From Bacteroidia bacterium (GTDB lineage: Bacteria; Bacteroidota; Bacteroidia; 2-12-FULL-35-15): a DNA stretch of 64,000 bases. The stretch is from the NCBI GenBank assembly GCA_036399275.1, contig DASWNK010000015.1:7963-71962 (forward strand), in the 5' to 3' direction. The translations under genes and the position numbers were made by a program. Shown piece after piece: positions 20,766 to 31,132 of the stretch (positions are counted from its first letter, which is position 1; every line of letters begins with the position of its first letter). The notes below the pieces were generated by a model that made no database searches, was not told the DNA's origin, and saw nothing but the letters and a program-made list of their open reading frames with translations.

Positions 20766-20859
20766 TTGATGTGCAGATATACCGATGTGCAGATTGGTTC
20801 TCGGTGCATTTTCACATAATAAATTGGTATATCGGTACATCTTTAAATCAGCACATCAA
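20766..20859. repeat. Intergenic imperfect palindrome built from 8-nt units
   Basis: Left arm GATGTGCA-GATATACC-GATGTGCA-GATTGGTT. Right arm reverse complement GATGTGCT-GATTTAAA-GATGTACC-GATATACC. Outer TTGATGTGC pairs with GCACATCAA. Confidence 0.65.
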
Positions 20860-20862
20860 ACT

Positions 20863-21519
20863 ATGTTAGATAAAATAGGAATAGCAAAACGCATCGCAAA
20901 AGAAATAAAAGACGGTTATTATGTGAATTTAGGAATAGGAATTCCAACCTTGGTAGCCAATTACATTCCTCAGGGAATGAACGTTGTTCTGCAGTCGGAA
21001 AACGGCCTTTTAGGCATGGGACCTTTTCCCTTCGAAGGCGAGGAAGATCCGGATCTGATCAATGCGGGAAAACAAACCATTACCACCGTTCCGGGATCTG
21101 CATTTTTTGACTCTGCCATGAGTTTTGGAATGATTCGTTCCCGCAAGGTTGATCTCACGATCCTTGGAGCAATGGAAGTAGCGGATAACGGCGATATCGC
21201 CAATTGGAAAATCCCCGGGAAAATGGTGAAAGGAATGGGTGGTGCGATGGACCTGGTAGCATCCGCAAAGAACATTATTGTTGCAATGCAGCATGTAAAC
21301 AAAGCGGGCGAATCAAAACTTTTGTCCAAATGTGATCTGCCATTAACGGGCGTTAACTGCGTAAAAAAGATCGTAACCGAGCTGGCTGTGCTGGACGTTA
21401 CACCAGAAGGTTTTCGATTATTAGAGCGCGCCCCGGGCGTAAGCGTGGAAGAAATTAAAAAGGCCACTCAAGGCCGCTTGATCGTTAAGGGAGAAATTCC
21501 TGAAATGATCATCGATTAA
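20863..21519 (+). CDS. scoB: 3-oxoacid CoA-transferase subunit B
   Basis: YVNLGIGIPT, QSENG (catalytic Glu), DLINAGK, ANWKIPGKMVKGMGGAMDL. Start set at MLDKIG (20863). Confidence 0.93.
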   Translation: MLDKIGIAKRIAKEIKDGYYVNLGIGIPTLVANYIPQGMNVVLQSENGLLGMGPFPFEGEEDPDLINAGKQTITTVPGSAFFDSAMSFGMIRSRKVDLTILGAMEVADNGDIANWKIPGKMVKGMGGAMDLVASAKNIIVAMQHVNKAGESKLLSKCDLPLTGVNCVKKIVTELAVLDVTPEGFRLLERAPGVSVEEIKKATQGRLIVKGEIPEMIID

Positions 21520-21556
21520 ATACGTCTTATTTACTGGAATACGACAGGAGTAGCCC

Positions 21557-23062
21557 TTATTTCCTTAAATAGACAGAAACCCCATCCTCCAGGCTAACAG
21601 GCTTGAACAGCTTTGTAATAATGCTGTCATTACTTTTTGTTGACAGATCCTGTTGCTCCGGATTATAACGCCACATAAAAAGACCTTCTACTTTTTCGTT
21701 TGCCTCTTTTTCATAATCTAATTTAATTGTTGGTCTCTTACTACTTAATACATCACCGATATTGGATCCTGGTTTTTTTTCTTTTTTCCAGCGAATAACT
21801 GAATTGAATGTTGATGCTTCTTCGTTATCTAAAATCACTGTTTTATGAATTACCGCAGGATATAAACACATGTTATATTCCAGCCAATTGTCAGAATAAT
21901 TCAATGCAATTACAGCCTTTCCTTTGGGCAGGAGTACACTGTTTTTTGAAATATTTTCTGCTGCGAGTGAATAACCTTCTACAATAGGTGTTTGATAGTC
22001 CTTCTTTTTTACTAAAACGAATAGAACGACTGGCAAGGTTAATATCATTAAATAGCGCGGACTATACATTTCAATGAATGCACAGAAAAATAAAAGCGCG
22101 GCATACAAAACCCGGATGTTTATAAATTTAACAGATAAACAATTTGTGGGAATAATGAAAAATCCAAGAATCAAAACAAAGCAGAACCCCAGTGGAGCAA
22201 ATAAAGCTGGGCTTAAGCCTCGCTTAAAAAAATAATAGAGGCTAAGGGGAAAAGAAAAAAGAATGAGGTATTGAAAAAACCGCATGAACAGCATTTCATT
22301 TGAACTGTAGCAAATGATGGGACTTGTTTCCTTAAAAAGTGCTAAAAGGGAATTAAAGCTTTCGAAATGGAGAACGTTGGCTTTAGAGGCTTCCATCCCA
22401 AATATTATGCTCAACAATACGAAAGGAAGCGAAATAATAATAAGAAGCTTGATTTTGCGCCAGCCGTTTTTACCCATTAAAAGGATGTAGAAGGCAATGT
22501 AGCCAATAGAAAACAAGGCTCCGATAAAATGAGTAAACCAGTTTAAGGTAATCAGGAAGGTTAGTATAACGATTTGCCGGCGATTAATTGATGTTACTTT
22601 TTTATGAAAATAACCAATCGTAAAAAACAGAAGTGCAACAGATGCTAAAAAGCTAAAAAAGCCCATTATAGTAAAAAAATTAATGACTACAGGTAATACA
22701 AGCAAAGCAACGCCTTTATGATCCGGATTGACTGCTTTTATAAAATAGAGGTATCCTCCGATAATGCAAATGGAAATAAGAAGAATGGTAAGTATTGAAA
22801 CGATATTTGGTGGCAAAACTTCAAGCAGAATCGCTTGAAAAATCAAAATAGTTGTATTGGGAACAGGTATAAAATGCAGATCAAAAAAGCGCCCGAATGC
22901 TTCGCCCGAATGAAATAAAAGATCGTTCAATATGGCTGCGCTATACAAATGGAAAGGGCCGTCGCCAGTGTGATACCATGCGGAACTAAATAGAGGCGAT
23001 AATGCAATTAGGGAAAGAAGTCCTAGTATTATCCATTCTCCGAGAGGTAAAATTTTTTTCAT
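21557..23062 (-). CDS. Polytopic membrane protein, probable GT-C-type glycosyltransferase
   Basis: About 10-12 TM segments, an acidic DGPFH motif in the first extracytoplasmic loop and a soluble C-terminal domain; divergent from GT2. Confidence 0.65.
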   Translation of the reverse strand: MKKILPLGEWIILGLLSLIALSPLFSSAWYHTGDGPFHLYSAAILNDLLFHSGEAFGRFFDLHFIPVPNTTILIFQAILLEVLPPNIVSILTILLISICIIGGYLYFIKAVNPDHKGVALLVLPVVINFFTIMGFFSFLASVALLFFTIGYFHKKVTSINRRQIVILTFLITLNWFTHFIGALFSIGYIAFYILLMGKNGWRKIKLLIIISLPFVLLSIIFGMEASKANVLHFESFNSLLALFKETSPIICYSSNEMLFMRFFQYLILFSFPLSLYYFFKRGLSPALFAPLGFCFVLILGFFIIPTNCLSVKFINIRVLYAALLFFCAFIEMYSPRYLMILTLPVVLFVLVKKKDYQTPIVEGYSLAAENISKNSVLLPKGKAVIALNYSDNWLEYNMCLYPAVIHKTVILDNEEASTFNSVIRWKKEKKPGSNIGDVLSSKRPTIKLDYEKEANEKVEGLFMWRYNPEQQDLSTKSNDSIITKLFKPVSLEDGVSVYLRK

Positions 23063-23217
23063 GTTTGATTATGATATCATTTAGGAGCCATGCAATATAC
23101 AAATTATTCGGAGCGGCAACCATTGCAGGGTTTTATGCGATTTATATTGCTGGAAGTGACGGAGAATCTGAGCAAATCTATTTAAAATCTTATATTTGAA
23201 TTCTTAACAAAGTTTAC

Positions 23218-23937
23218 ATGTCAATAAATAAATTATCTATTATCATTCCGGCATATAATGAAGCGGCAACCATTCATTTAATCCTGAACAAGGTAATAGC
23301 CGTTAAGCTGATCAATGATATTCAAAAAGAGATTATTATTGTGAATGATTGTTCTAAGGACCAAACGAAAGAGGTTATAGAAGAATACATCAACAGAAAT
23401 CCGGAACACGGTATCCGCTTATTTAACCAGGACCATAACCTTGGGAAAGGTGCGGCATTGCACAAAGGAATTTCGCTTGCTACAGGCGAATGCCTGATTA
23501 TTCAGGATGCAGATCTCGAATACGATCCGGAGGAATACAATATATTATTAAGACCGATCATCAATGGCTTTGCGGATGTGGTTTATGGCTCGCGTTTTAT
23601 GGGCGGCAAACCCCATCGAATCTTATTCTTTTGGCACACCATCGGAAATAAGTTTCTAACCTCGCTTTCAAATATGTTTACCAATCTGAACCTATCGGAT
23701 ATGGAAACTTGTTATAAATTATTTCGCACAGACATCATTCAAAACATAAAGTTAAAAGAAAGACGCTTTGGTTTTGAGCCAGAGGTAACGGCTAAAATGT
23801 CCCGTGTTCCGAAAATAAGAGTGTATGAAGTCGGGATCTCTTATTATGGCAGAACTTACGAAGAAGGCAAGAAGATCGGCTGGAAGGATGGTTTCCGGGC
23901 GATGTGGTGTATTTTTAAATATAATTTATTTCAATGA
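23218..23937 (+). CDS. Glycosyltransferase family 2 (polyprenol-phosphate glycosyltransferase-like)
   Basis: [61 protein letters not shown]. Confidence 0.93.
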   Translation: MSINKLSIIIPAYNEAATIHLILNKVIAVKLINDIQKEIIIVNDCSKDQTKEVIEEYINRNPEHGIRLFNQDHNLGKGAALHKGISLATGECLIIQDADLEYDPEEYNILLRPIINGFADVVYGSRFMGGKPHRILFFWHTIGNKFLTSLSNMFTNLNLSDMETCYKLFRTDIIQNIKLKERRFGFEPEVTAKMSRVPKIRVYEVGISYYGRTYEEGKKIGWKDGFRAMWCIFKYNLFQ

Positions 23938-25916
23938 ATTTAAGGACCTCTCTAAGTAGCAAAACAGGCGCAGTTTTTATTATGATGCTTGTTCTCGCAG
24001 TATCTTTTCTCATTCGGTCATATCATATTTCTTCTGAGAGCCTTTATGGAGACGAGCCTTACAGCATCTATTTTGCGCAAAAAACATTTGCAGAGTTAAA
24101 GGATGTTTTTCTACATGATCAGAATCCTCCAATGCACGTTGCATTATTACATTTTTGGTTAAACGCGTTTGGAATAACGGACGTTTCCGCTAAGATGTTT
24201 TCGATCGTGTGCAGCATTTTGGCCGGTCTCGTTCTTTTTTTGTTTTCGAAAAAATATTTGAACAGAGAAACGGCAATCATTACTTTTTTACTTTTTTTGT
24301 TTTCTAATTCTCAGCAGTTTTTCTCTACGGAAGTCCGGCCATATGCTCTGATCCAATTACTTTGCATATCGTCCTTCTATGTTTATTTTGATATCCTGAA
24401 CAGCCCGAAAAAACGGAGCATTTTCCTGTTGCTTTTTATTAATTTTCTCTTGCTTTTCTCTCATTACCTGTCGGTATTCATACTGGTAGTCCAATTTTTG
24501 TTTGTATGGCTTTATTACAAGCAGAACAGGAAAGGTTTTGTTTATTATTTTATAAGTCAGATTTTGCTGGGGCTTGTTTTTATCCCCTGGATTCCGGTAA
24601 TATTATCCAATATGCCCAATGAAGGAACGTTTTGGAACCACGCGCCGAATTATGGTGAATTCCGATGGCATATGAACGTGCTGGTTGGAAGCGAGCTCTT
24701 ATTTTATATATTTAATGGGCTCATGGTTGTTTCGTTGATCATTATCTTTTTAAACAGATATTTCAAGCTATTGTCTCCGGAATTCAACCGAAAATATTAT
24801 TTTATTTTTTTAACGCTTTATGTGCTTCCAATAATCCTTGATTTTATTATTTCACAAAAAACTCCGGTCTTTTTAACAAGGTATATTTTATATACTACGT
24901 TTGGGCTTTTTCTTTCGGTTGGATATGTTTATTCCTGCATCAATGCAAAAACGAGATACAGACTTGTCTTTCTGTTGCCCTTTCTGTTGCTCGTCCTGTC
25001 TTCATTTCAAATCACACAGCCCAGGGAAGATGATTGGAAGAGTTTGGTTCCTATGGTAAAAAGCAAACAGGATAAGAACACAATCATTTTGGTTTGTGCA
25101 TCCTACAAGTTTAAAGATTTTGCTTTTTATTATGATATTGACGCTTTCAAGGATTACACCAGGAGTACAGAGCTGCTGGGTAAAAGCAATGTATTGTTTT
25201 TAGCAGATGACGAGCGGTTTGGTTGGAACCAATATGATTTCAGCAAAGCGAACAAGGTTATTTACGTTCATTCTCACTCACAGTTTGAAGATCCTGAAAA
25301 TAAAAACAAGGATTTTATTCTGGGAAAAGGCTTTAAAGAATGCAATACATATAAGAAAACAAACACTGGATATACTTTATTCCTGAGGGATTCTGTGAGC
25401 TGCCTTCCGGTTACTATTAAGTCGGAAATACCTGGTTCTGTCTGTGATCTTTTTAAAAGATACCGGGGAATTAATTCAGATGGTGATGCAACGGATGTTT
25501 ACAAAGCGTCTTTTGAAAAAGAAGCAGACTGTACTATTTTTGGGCTAACTGAAGAGAAATCGGCGGAAGGGCGATATTCTCTTTTAATTAACAAGCAGAA
25601 TGAATACAGCCCGGGCGTTATGAAAAAAATTGCAGAATTAGATGCTAAAAAGATGCTATCAGTATCTGCAAAAATTTTCAATGAAAAGGACGCTAAAGGA
25701 GATTTAGTAATAGCAGTTGAAAAGGACGGACAAGCATTATTCAGAAATGATTTCCGCATGGATGAAACTTCAGCCAGATGTGACAAGTGGTACGAAATGA
25801 ATGTGGAAGCCTTTTTACCTGATAATCTTCCGGCTGATGCCGAATTAAAAATTTATTTCTGGAATCCCACGGCAGGCAACATGTTTATTGACAAGGTGGA
25901 GGTATTAATTTATTAA
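23934..25916 (+). CDS. GT39/ArnT-like membrane glycosyltransferase with C-terminal CBM-like beta-sandwich
   Basis: SLYGDE, DQNPPMH, EVRPYAL, many TM segments, YILY, EDDW; C-terminal SFE...EGRYSL...YFWNP...FIDKVEV. Overlaps the GT2 stop (ATGA). Confidence 0.85.
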   Translation: MNLRTSLSSKTGAVFIMMLVLAVSFLIRSYHISSESLYGDEPYSIYFAQKTFAELKDVFLHDQNPPMHVALLHFWLNAFGITDVSAKMFSIVCSILAGLVLFLFSKKYLNRETAIITFLLFLFSNSQQFFSTEVRPYALIQLLCISSFYVYFDILNSPKKRSIFLLLFINFLLLFSHYLSVFILVVQFLFVWLYYKQNRKGFVYYFISQILLGLVFIPWIPVILSNMPNEGTFWNHAPNYGEFRWHMNVLVGSELLFYIFNGLMVVSLIIIFLNRYFKLLSPEFNRKYYFIFLTLYVLPIILDFIISQKTPVFLTRYILYTTFGLFLSVGYVYSCINAKTRYRLVFLLPFLLLVLSSFQITQPREDDWKSLVPMVKSKQDKNTIILVCASYKFKDFAFYYDIDAFKDYTRSTELLGKSNVLFLADDERFGWNQYDFSKANKVIYVHSHSQFEDPENKNKDFILGKGFKECNTYKKTNTGYTLFLRDSVSCLPVTIKSEIPGSVCDLFKRYRGINSDGDATDVYKASFEKEADCTIFGLTEEKSAEGRYSLLINKQNEYSPGVMKKIAELDAKKMLSVSAKIFNEKDAKGDLVIAVEKDGQALFRNDFRMDETSARCDKWYEMNVEAFLPDNLPADAELKIYFWNPTAGNMFIDKVEVLIY

Positions 25917-26021
25917 TTTTTGGTGCAGGTACGTTTCGCGTGTGTTGCTACCTTTCTGAAAAATGAATAAAGGAGAGCCCAAACCTGCAGGAAAACAAAA
26001 TATTCAGTATTTTTGATCGAT

Positions 26022-27926
26022 ATGATGAAAGAAAATAAAATAAGCAGATGGTGGTCTTTGGGACCAATAAAAACAATTTGTTTTATTGCCGTTATAATTC
26101 TTTGCATCATTCGCCTTGAGAAAGAAGAAAGGCCTTATCCAACCGGCGACGCGATCGAGTATACGCTAATGACCGAAGGGTTTTTTAATCATTTCAGTCC
26201 GGAAATAAGAAGCACTGACTGTGTAACTTTCAAGCAGGCATACGAGAAGACCAGCGATTGGAAGAAAAATGAAAAGGGCGTAACGTATGATTCAGTAGAA
26301 AAATATGTTGCCAGAAAGGATTTGAAAAATCTGGATTATAATTATGCTCTTTTTGTCGATAAAGAAGGGCGAAAATACAGCGTCCATTTTTGGTTTTACT
26401 CCTTGCTGAATCTTCCAATGAGGTGGCTTTGTGCAGTAGTGCCCTTTAATCCCATCCTCATTTTCCATATTACCAATTTTTTACTGATTGTTATTACTTG
26501 CTTCATCTTTTTGAAAACCACTCGTTTTGGTGCCTGGGAAACAAGCGTATTTTGTTTGCTTTTCTTTTTTTCAACCAACTATTGGTATTTCTGTTGGCCA
26601 CATCCGGAAGTCTTTACGGTTTGTTTTGTTTCGCTCGGCCTTTGGTTTTGTTTTCACGAGCGGTGGTACTTAGGAATTTTGCTGACTTCCATGGCCGCCC
26701 TTCAAAATCAACCCTTAGCCGTATTGACTGTCATTTTGGGACTCAACGTATTGTATAAAAAGGGCTTAAACATCAGAAACATTGTAAAGCTTTTCTTTTC
26801 TTCGGTACTTATTCTGGCTCCTCCGATTTTTTATTATATTCATTATGGGACAACAAATCTCATTGGCTACCAGGGAGCGTTAAGCACTAAATTAATTACG
26901 TTTAACAGAGTTACAGGGTTCTTTTTTGATATTAATCAAGGGGTGATCCTGGCGCTTCCACTGATCTTGCTGATCTACCTTTTTCTATACACACGCAAGC
27001 TTTTCACAATAAAGAAAGCGCAAACAAAATGGGATATGTTCTTGCTTCCTGCTGCAATTATGGTTGTCTGTGGTGCGAGCACGATCGATAACTGGAATCA
27101 TGGGCAGGCAACGGTTAACAGATATGTTACTTATGTTGGAGCAATCATCCTCGTTCATTTTTTCTTTCTCCTTATCGAAAGCGGAAAAAAGAGGTTGCAG
27201 TTGATTTTCGGCGCTTCCTTAATCACACAAATGGTCACAGTTTATTATCACCAAACCTTAAACCGTTTCGATTGGACAACGAATGACCCTAAACCGATAT
27301 CGAATTTTGTTTTATCTCATTTCCCCTCATTTTACAATCCTGACCCAATGATTTTTAATTCCCGTTATGGTGCAGGAATGGGCACAAATCCTGCGGAAAC
27401 ACCAACCTATTTTATGAAGGAAGATGGGCAAATCACAAAATTTCTGATTCATAAAACATACATAGCTAATTTACAGCAGTTTGGCTTATCACCCCATCAG
27501 ATAGACTCTATTGCCCTTACATTGAATTTCACAAACGATTGGGCTTATCTTGATGTAACCGAGAACCTACGGGCCATATTATCTCCCGAGTTGCTAAAAA
27601 AAGTTCATATTGAAAGGCTTTTAAAGGAACAGATTCGCGTGATCAAAGGCACGCCGCAATGGTATAAAGAGGTGAAGCAGAAAGCCGTTGACCAAGGGTT
27701 TAGTGAATATGAAATGCTAAGGATGGATGCTGCGTATGTACTGCATATAGAGCTGAAGGTAAATCCGGCAGCCAAGAAACAGAAAGTGGTGGCAAAGATC
27801 AGTGAGATGAGAGAAAATGCCAGTTGGCTGAAAGAAATAACTAAAAAAGCACAGGAAAAAGGCATTACGGTCGATAGTGCTTTATATGTAGATGCCTTGT
27901 GGGTGGTGGAGCATGAATCTGAATAG
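26022..27926 (+). CDS. Polytopic membrane protein (GT-C-like) with duplicated C-terminal helical module
   Basis: GDAIEY loop motif, PHPE, about 10 TM segments, NRYV; C-terminal duplicated W..K..KA..G..(D/E)...DA.(Y/W)V module. Confidence 0.75.
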   Translation: MMKENKISRWWSLGPIKTICFIAVIILCIIRLEKEERPYPTGDAIEYTLMTEGFFNHFSPEIRSTDCVTFKQAYEKTSDWKKNEKGVTYDSVEKYVARKDLKNLDYNYALFVDKEGRKYSVHFWFYSLLNLPMRWLCAVVPFNPILIFHITNFLLIVITCFIFLKTTRFGAWETSVFCLLFFFSTNYWYFCWPHPEVFTVCFVSLGLWFCFHERWYLGILLTSMAALQNQPLAVLTVILGLNVLYKKGLNIRNIVKLFFSSVLILAPPIFYYIHYGTTNLIGYQGALSTKLITFNRVTGFFFDINQGVILALPLILLIYLFLYTRKLFTIKKAQTKWDMFLLPAAIMVVCGASTIDNWNHGQATVNRYVTYVGAIILVHFFFLLIESGKKRLQLIFGASLITQMVTVYYHQTLNRFDWTTNDPKPISNFVLSHFPSFYNPDPMIFNSRYGAGMGTNPAETPTYFMKEDGQITKFLIHKTYIANLQQFGLSPHQIDSIALTLNFTNDWAYLDVTENLRAILSPELLKKVHIERLLKEQIRVIKGTPQWYKEVKQKAVDQGFSEYEMLRMDAAYVLHIELKVNPAAKKQKVVAKISEMRENASWLKEITKKAQEKGITVDSALYVDALWVVEHESE

Positions 27927-28084
27927 GAGGTTCATATAAAGACAGCCCGTATTCAAAAGTAGATTTGAAGCGGGCGGGTCGCTAATATTTGTTATCTGCT
28001 AGTAGATTCTTTTCTTACAATCTAAAATGAGGGGAGCTTAAATATGTTGATTGCTTTTATAATGATGAGCCTTAACTTGAAAAT

Positions 28085-28123
28085 GATCATGAGATGAAGC
28101 CAAAGTTTATTCATCTCATGATC
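28085..28123. terminator. Hairpin between convergent genes
   Basis: GATCATGAGATGAA / TTCATCTCATGATC, a perfect 14-bp stem with an 11-nt loop. Confidence 0.55.
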
Positions 28124-28133
28124 TTCATCAGTA

Positions 28134-30563
28134 TTATTCCTTTATAAATTTAGAATTATGAGACTCTCCATTCAGGTCAATAATTTTAATAATATAAATT
28201 CCCTTTGAAAGCGATTCAATATTGATTGTTCCGGAAACATTCTCACTTATCTTAGCCCCCTGAATATTATAGATTTCCGCTTTCGTAAAAGCACCACCTC
28301 CGATTGTTATCTGGTCTTGAGCAGGGTTGGGCGATAGAATATAACTTTTATTTTCCAAAATTGGCGAAACGGAAACAGCAATTCTTGTGGGATCATCAGC
28401 GTATGCTCTGATATAATCAATATCAAAATAATGTGGAAAAGTTGTAATTTCATTTAGATCAACGTTATTATATGTGGCAGTTCCGGCTATTATTGCCACG
28501 GGATCGCTTGGAACGTTGGTTGACAATGTTAAAACGGGTTCGTTATTTAATAGCCATCGAAGTTTGGTTGCGTCCCACTCCAAAGCATAGGTGTAATAAT
28601 CATCATAATATCGATACCCAACAGCATATTCTTTTATATTAGTTGACTGCCCCGATCCATAAGGCCCCCAATAATTACTCATCACCCAGTATTTCCCATT
28701 GCCACTGATTTCAAGAATATCTATTTCCGGGGGATTTGTTATAGTTGATAATAACCAAAATGCATTCCAGTTTTTTTGAGATCTCGGAGTTTTGCAACGA
28801 ATCTCATAATAACCATAGGCTTGTGAAAATGTGGCGGGTTCGTACGGTGGAGCGGGAGGGGGAAACGTCTCTGTTCCACTAGGACCAGGGGGTAAATTTT
28901 GCGAGCCCGTTTGTATGTTAACACCTGTGTAATTTACTGATGAATAGTCAAAGAACTGCCAATCACCCGGTTGCCATGGATATCCATCATGATTATATGC
29001 AGTCCAGTTTGTGGCAGAACTAGGGTCGATATCATACATGCCCCATTGCCATGCGCTGTAGTTCTCTTGTTTGTTTGTTAGTTTTAAAATTCCATTGTCT
29101 ATTGTTGTGTTTTCAAAATAAGTATCATAAGAAATTTTGGGCTCATTAGGATTATATGTTGCGCTCATTAGCGGCCCATTTTTATAATTCCAATTTGTCT
29201 TTAATGTTGTAAGAGTTGGGTCCGCGGTGTTAAATTCCTGATCAAATGTAGATATCCATCCCGGTTTGTCAATTGGATTTATTGCATTTCTCAAGAAGGT
29301 ATTCAGGTAACCATTAAAACCAATATAGAAGAAAGTTTTGCTATCAGGACACACAATCAATTTATTCGTATTCACAGTATTAGCCGTGGTTTTCAATCCG
29401 CCACCGAACCAAATTGTAGAGCCAGTCTCGTTAGGGTCGTTTTTATTATCGTAATCGTTAATGAGATATCTAATGCGATTAGAGGGTGAACCGACATATG
29501 AGACTTGGACACTTTCAAAAGTATTTGTTGCGGAACCTTCTTTAAATATATTCTTTGATGTAACAGTTATAGGAGTGGAAAACATTACATCTTCAGAACT
29601 ATAATCGGGCAAATAACCAAGGGACCAAATGGCGCCAGCTCTTTTTATATTAACAGCTTTATTTGTTGATGGAGCACTGTTGCTAACATAATAAATGTTT
29701 TCGTGATAATACACCAGATCAGTTCCTGTTTTTACAGTCGGTGCGGTTGATAGAGCAATCGAAGCGATCCAACCGGAGGTGTATTTTAAATCATAAACCT
29801 TACTGTCTGCGTTTCCGACAAAAAAGATCTCTCCTCCATTATTAATTATTTGTGATCCGGTTTTTACAACATTAATTCCTGATTCCAATTGTCCTCCTCC
29901 TGTCCATGCTGTGCCGGTCCAAAAACAACTGCATACACGATTATTGGTGCCAACATAAAACACGTAGGAACCGTTCGCTATGATTTGTGCAGTAGCTCTC
30001 ACGTATAGAGCCGGGAGAGACACTAAAGCAGTGCCTCCGACCCAGGCAGTACCAGTATAATTTATATCACATATACGGTTACTCGTGCCAACGTAATAAA
30101 TGTGATTGTTGTAAAAAACAATATTTGCATCACTTCGGACGGGCTCTTGTATGCTTACCATAAGACTTGTTACCCAACCCGTTGTCGGGCCCCAAGAAAG
30201 CTTATATATTTTGTTGTCGGCGTTCCCAACGAAATATACCTCGCCATTGCCGTTAGAAGTTATTTTACTACCTGTTTTAACGGTTACAGCTCCCCATTCT
30301 AATTGTCCTCCCCCAGTCCAGGTTATATTGTTCCAATAATATTCACAGATCTTATTATTGGTGCCAACGTAAAATATGTGGGGGCCGAAAAAAATCAAAT
30401 TTGATGCGGCAGTGACGGGTGTGTGTGCCGTATATAACAATTGTCTGGATGAATATCCGTAATTCGTTTGTTGCGCGTAGGAAATAGAAAAACAAAGGAA
30501 AAATAAAAGAAGAAGCTTATTTTTCAATTTAATAATCATGGAAGAATTGGGTTTTAAATTCAT
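28134..30563 (-). CDS. T9SS cargo: lectin-like beta-propeller + GH16 domain + CTD
   Basis: Signal peptide; ~44-aa blades (IFYVGTNNKICEYYW); YGYYEIRCK, NAFWLL, catalytic EIDILE, YALEWD; SPNPAQD...KGIYIIK...KFIKE CTD. Confidence 0.88.
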   Translation of the reverse strand: MNLKPNSSMIIKLKNKLLLLFFLCFSISYAQQTNYGYSSRQLLYTAHTPVTAASNLIFFGPHIFYVGTNNKICEYYWNNITWTGGGQLEWGAVTVKTGSKITSNGNGEVYFVGNADNKIYKLSWGPTTGWVTSLMVSIQEPVRSDANIVFYNNHIYYVGTSNRICDINYTGTAWVGGTALVSLPALYVRATAQIIANGSYVFYVGTNNRVCSCFWTGTAWTGGGQLESGINVVKTGSQIINNGGEIFFVGNADSKVYDLKYTSGWIASIALSTAPTVKTGTDLVYYHENIYYVSNSAPSTNKAVNIKRAGAIWSLGYLPDYSSEDVMFSTPITVTSKNIFKEGSATNTFESVQVSYVGSPSNRIRYLINDYDNKNDPNETGSTIWFGGGLKTTANTVNTNKLIVCPDSKTFFYIGFNGYLNTFLRNAINPIDKPGWISTFDQEFNTADPTLTTLKTNWNYKNGPLMSATYNPNEPKISYDTYFENTTIDNGILKLTNKQENYSAWQWGMYDIDPSSATNWTAYNHDGYPWQPGDWQFFDYSSVNYTGVNIQTGSQNLPPGPSGTETFPPPAPPYEPATFSQAYGYYEIRCKTPRSQKNWNAFWLLSTITNPPEIDILEISGNGKYWVMSNYWGPYGSGQSTNIKEYAVGYRYYDDYYTYALEWDATKLRWLLNNEPVLTLSTNVPSDPVAIIAGTATYNNVDLNEITTFPHYFDIDYIRAYADDPTRIAVSVSPILENKSYILSPNPAQDQITIGGGAFTKAEIYNIQGAKISENVSGTINIESLSKGIYIIKIIDLNGESHNSKFIKE

Positions 30564-30939
30564 GAGCGAGGATTTAGATTTGTTAAATTAATAAAACATA
30601 CAAAAAATGGGTAAGGCTAATCTAGAAGTAAAGAGGATTTTATTGCTACTAAACCGAATTTGAAAATATGAAGTAGAAATAAAAGAATAAACACAAAAGT
30701 GCACGAAAGTTTAAGAATTAAGTTTTTCAAGAGGAGAGAATTGGGAGTAAAAGAAATATTAATAAACAAATGTAGACTATTTATGTATACTAAGTAAAAT
30801 GTCGAAGAAAAACAGAAAATATCTTTTCATTTTGGGAGAGGTTTACGATAGTAAATTTACATAAAAATAAGGTAAGCGTAAAAGCAAAACAGAATTTTAT
30901 TTTAGCGAAGCAATTTGGAAAACACATGGACACCAATGA

Positions 30940-31131
30940 GATTTAACAATGAAAAAATCAATGATAAGCGACGCAACAACAACAAATGTAAATAAGGGCG
31001 CACCCCAGTAAAAGGAACAAAACACTCGCCAGCAATGCAACCGCATTTTTAAATTGCTGAGGAACGGAAAAGTATAAGATCAGAAAGAGAGGAAAGAAAT
31101 AGAGTAAAAATAGAATGCTGCTGAAAACCAT
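30940..31131 (-). pseudogene. Truncated, frameshifted MBOAT O-acyltransferase (AlgI/DltB family) N-terminus
   Basis: ATG at 31131, 1 nt after the upstream stop: MVFSSILFLLYFFPLFLILYFSVPQQFKNAVALLASVLF, frameshift near 31015, then FYWGAPLFTFVVVASLIIDFFIVK, then the similarity ends. Confidence 0.8.
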
Positions 31132-31132
31132 A

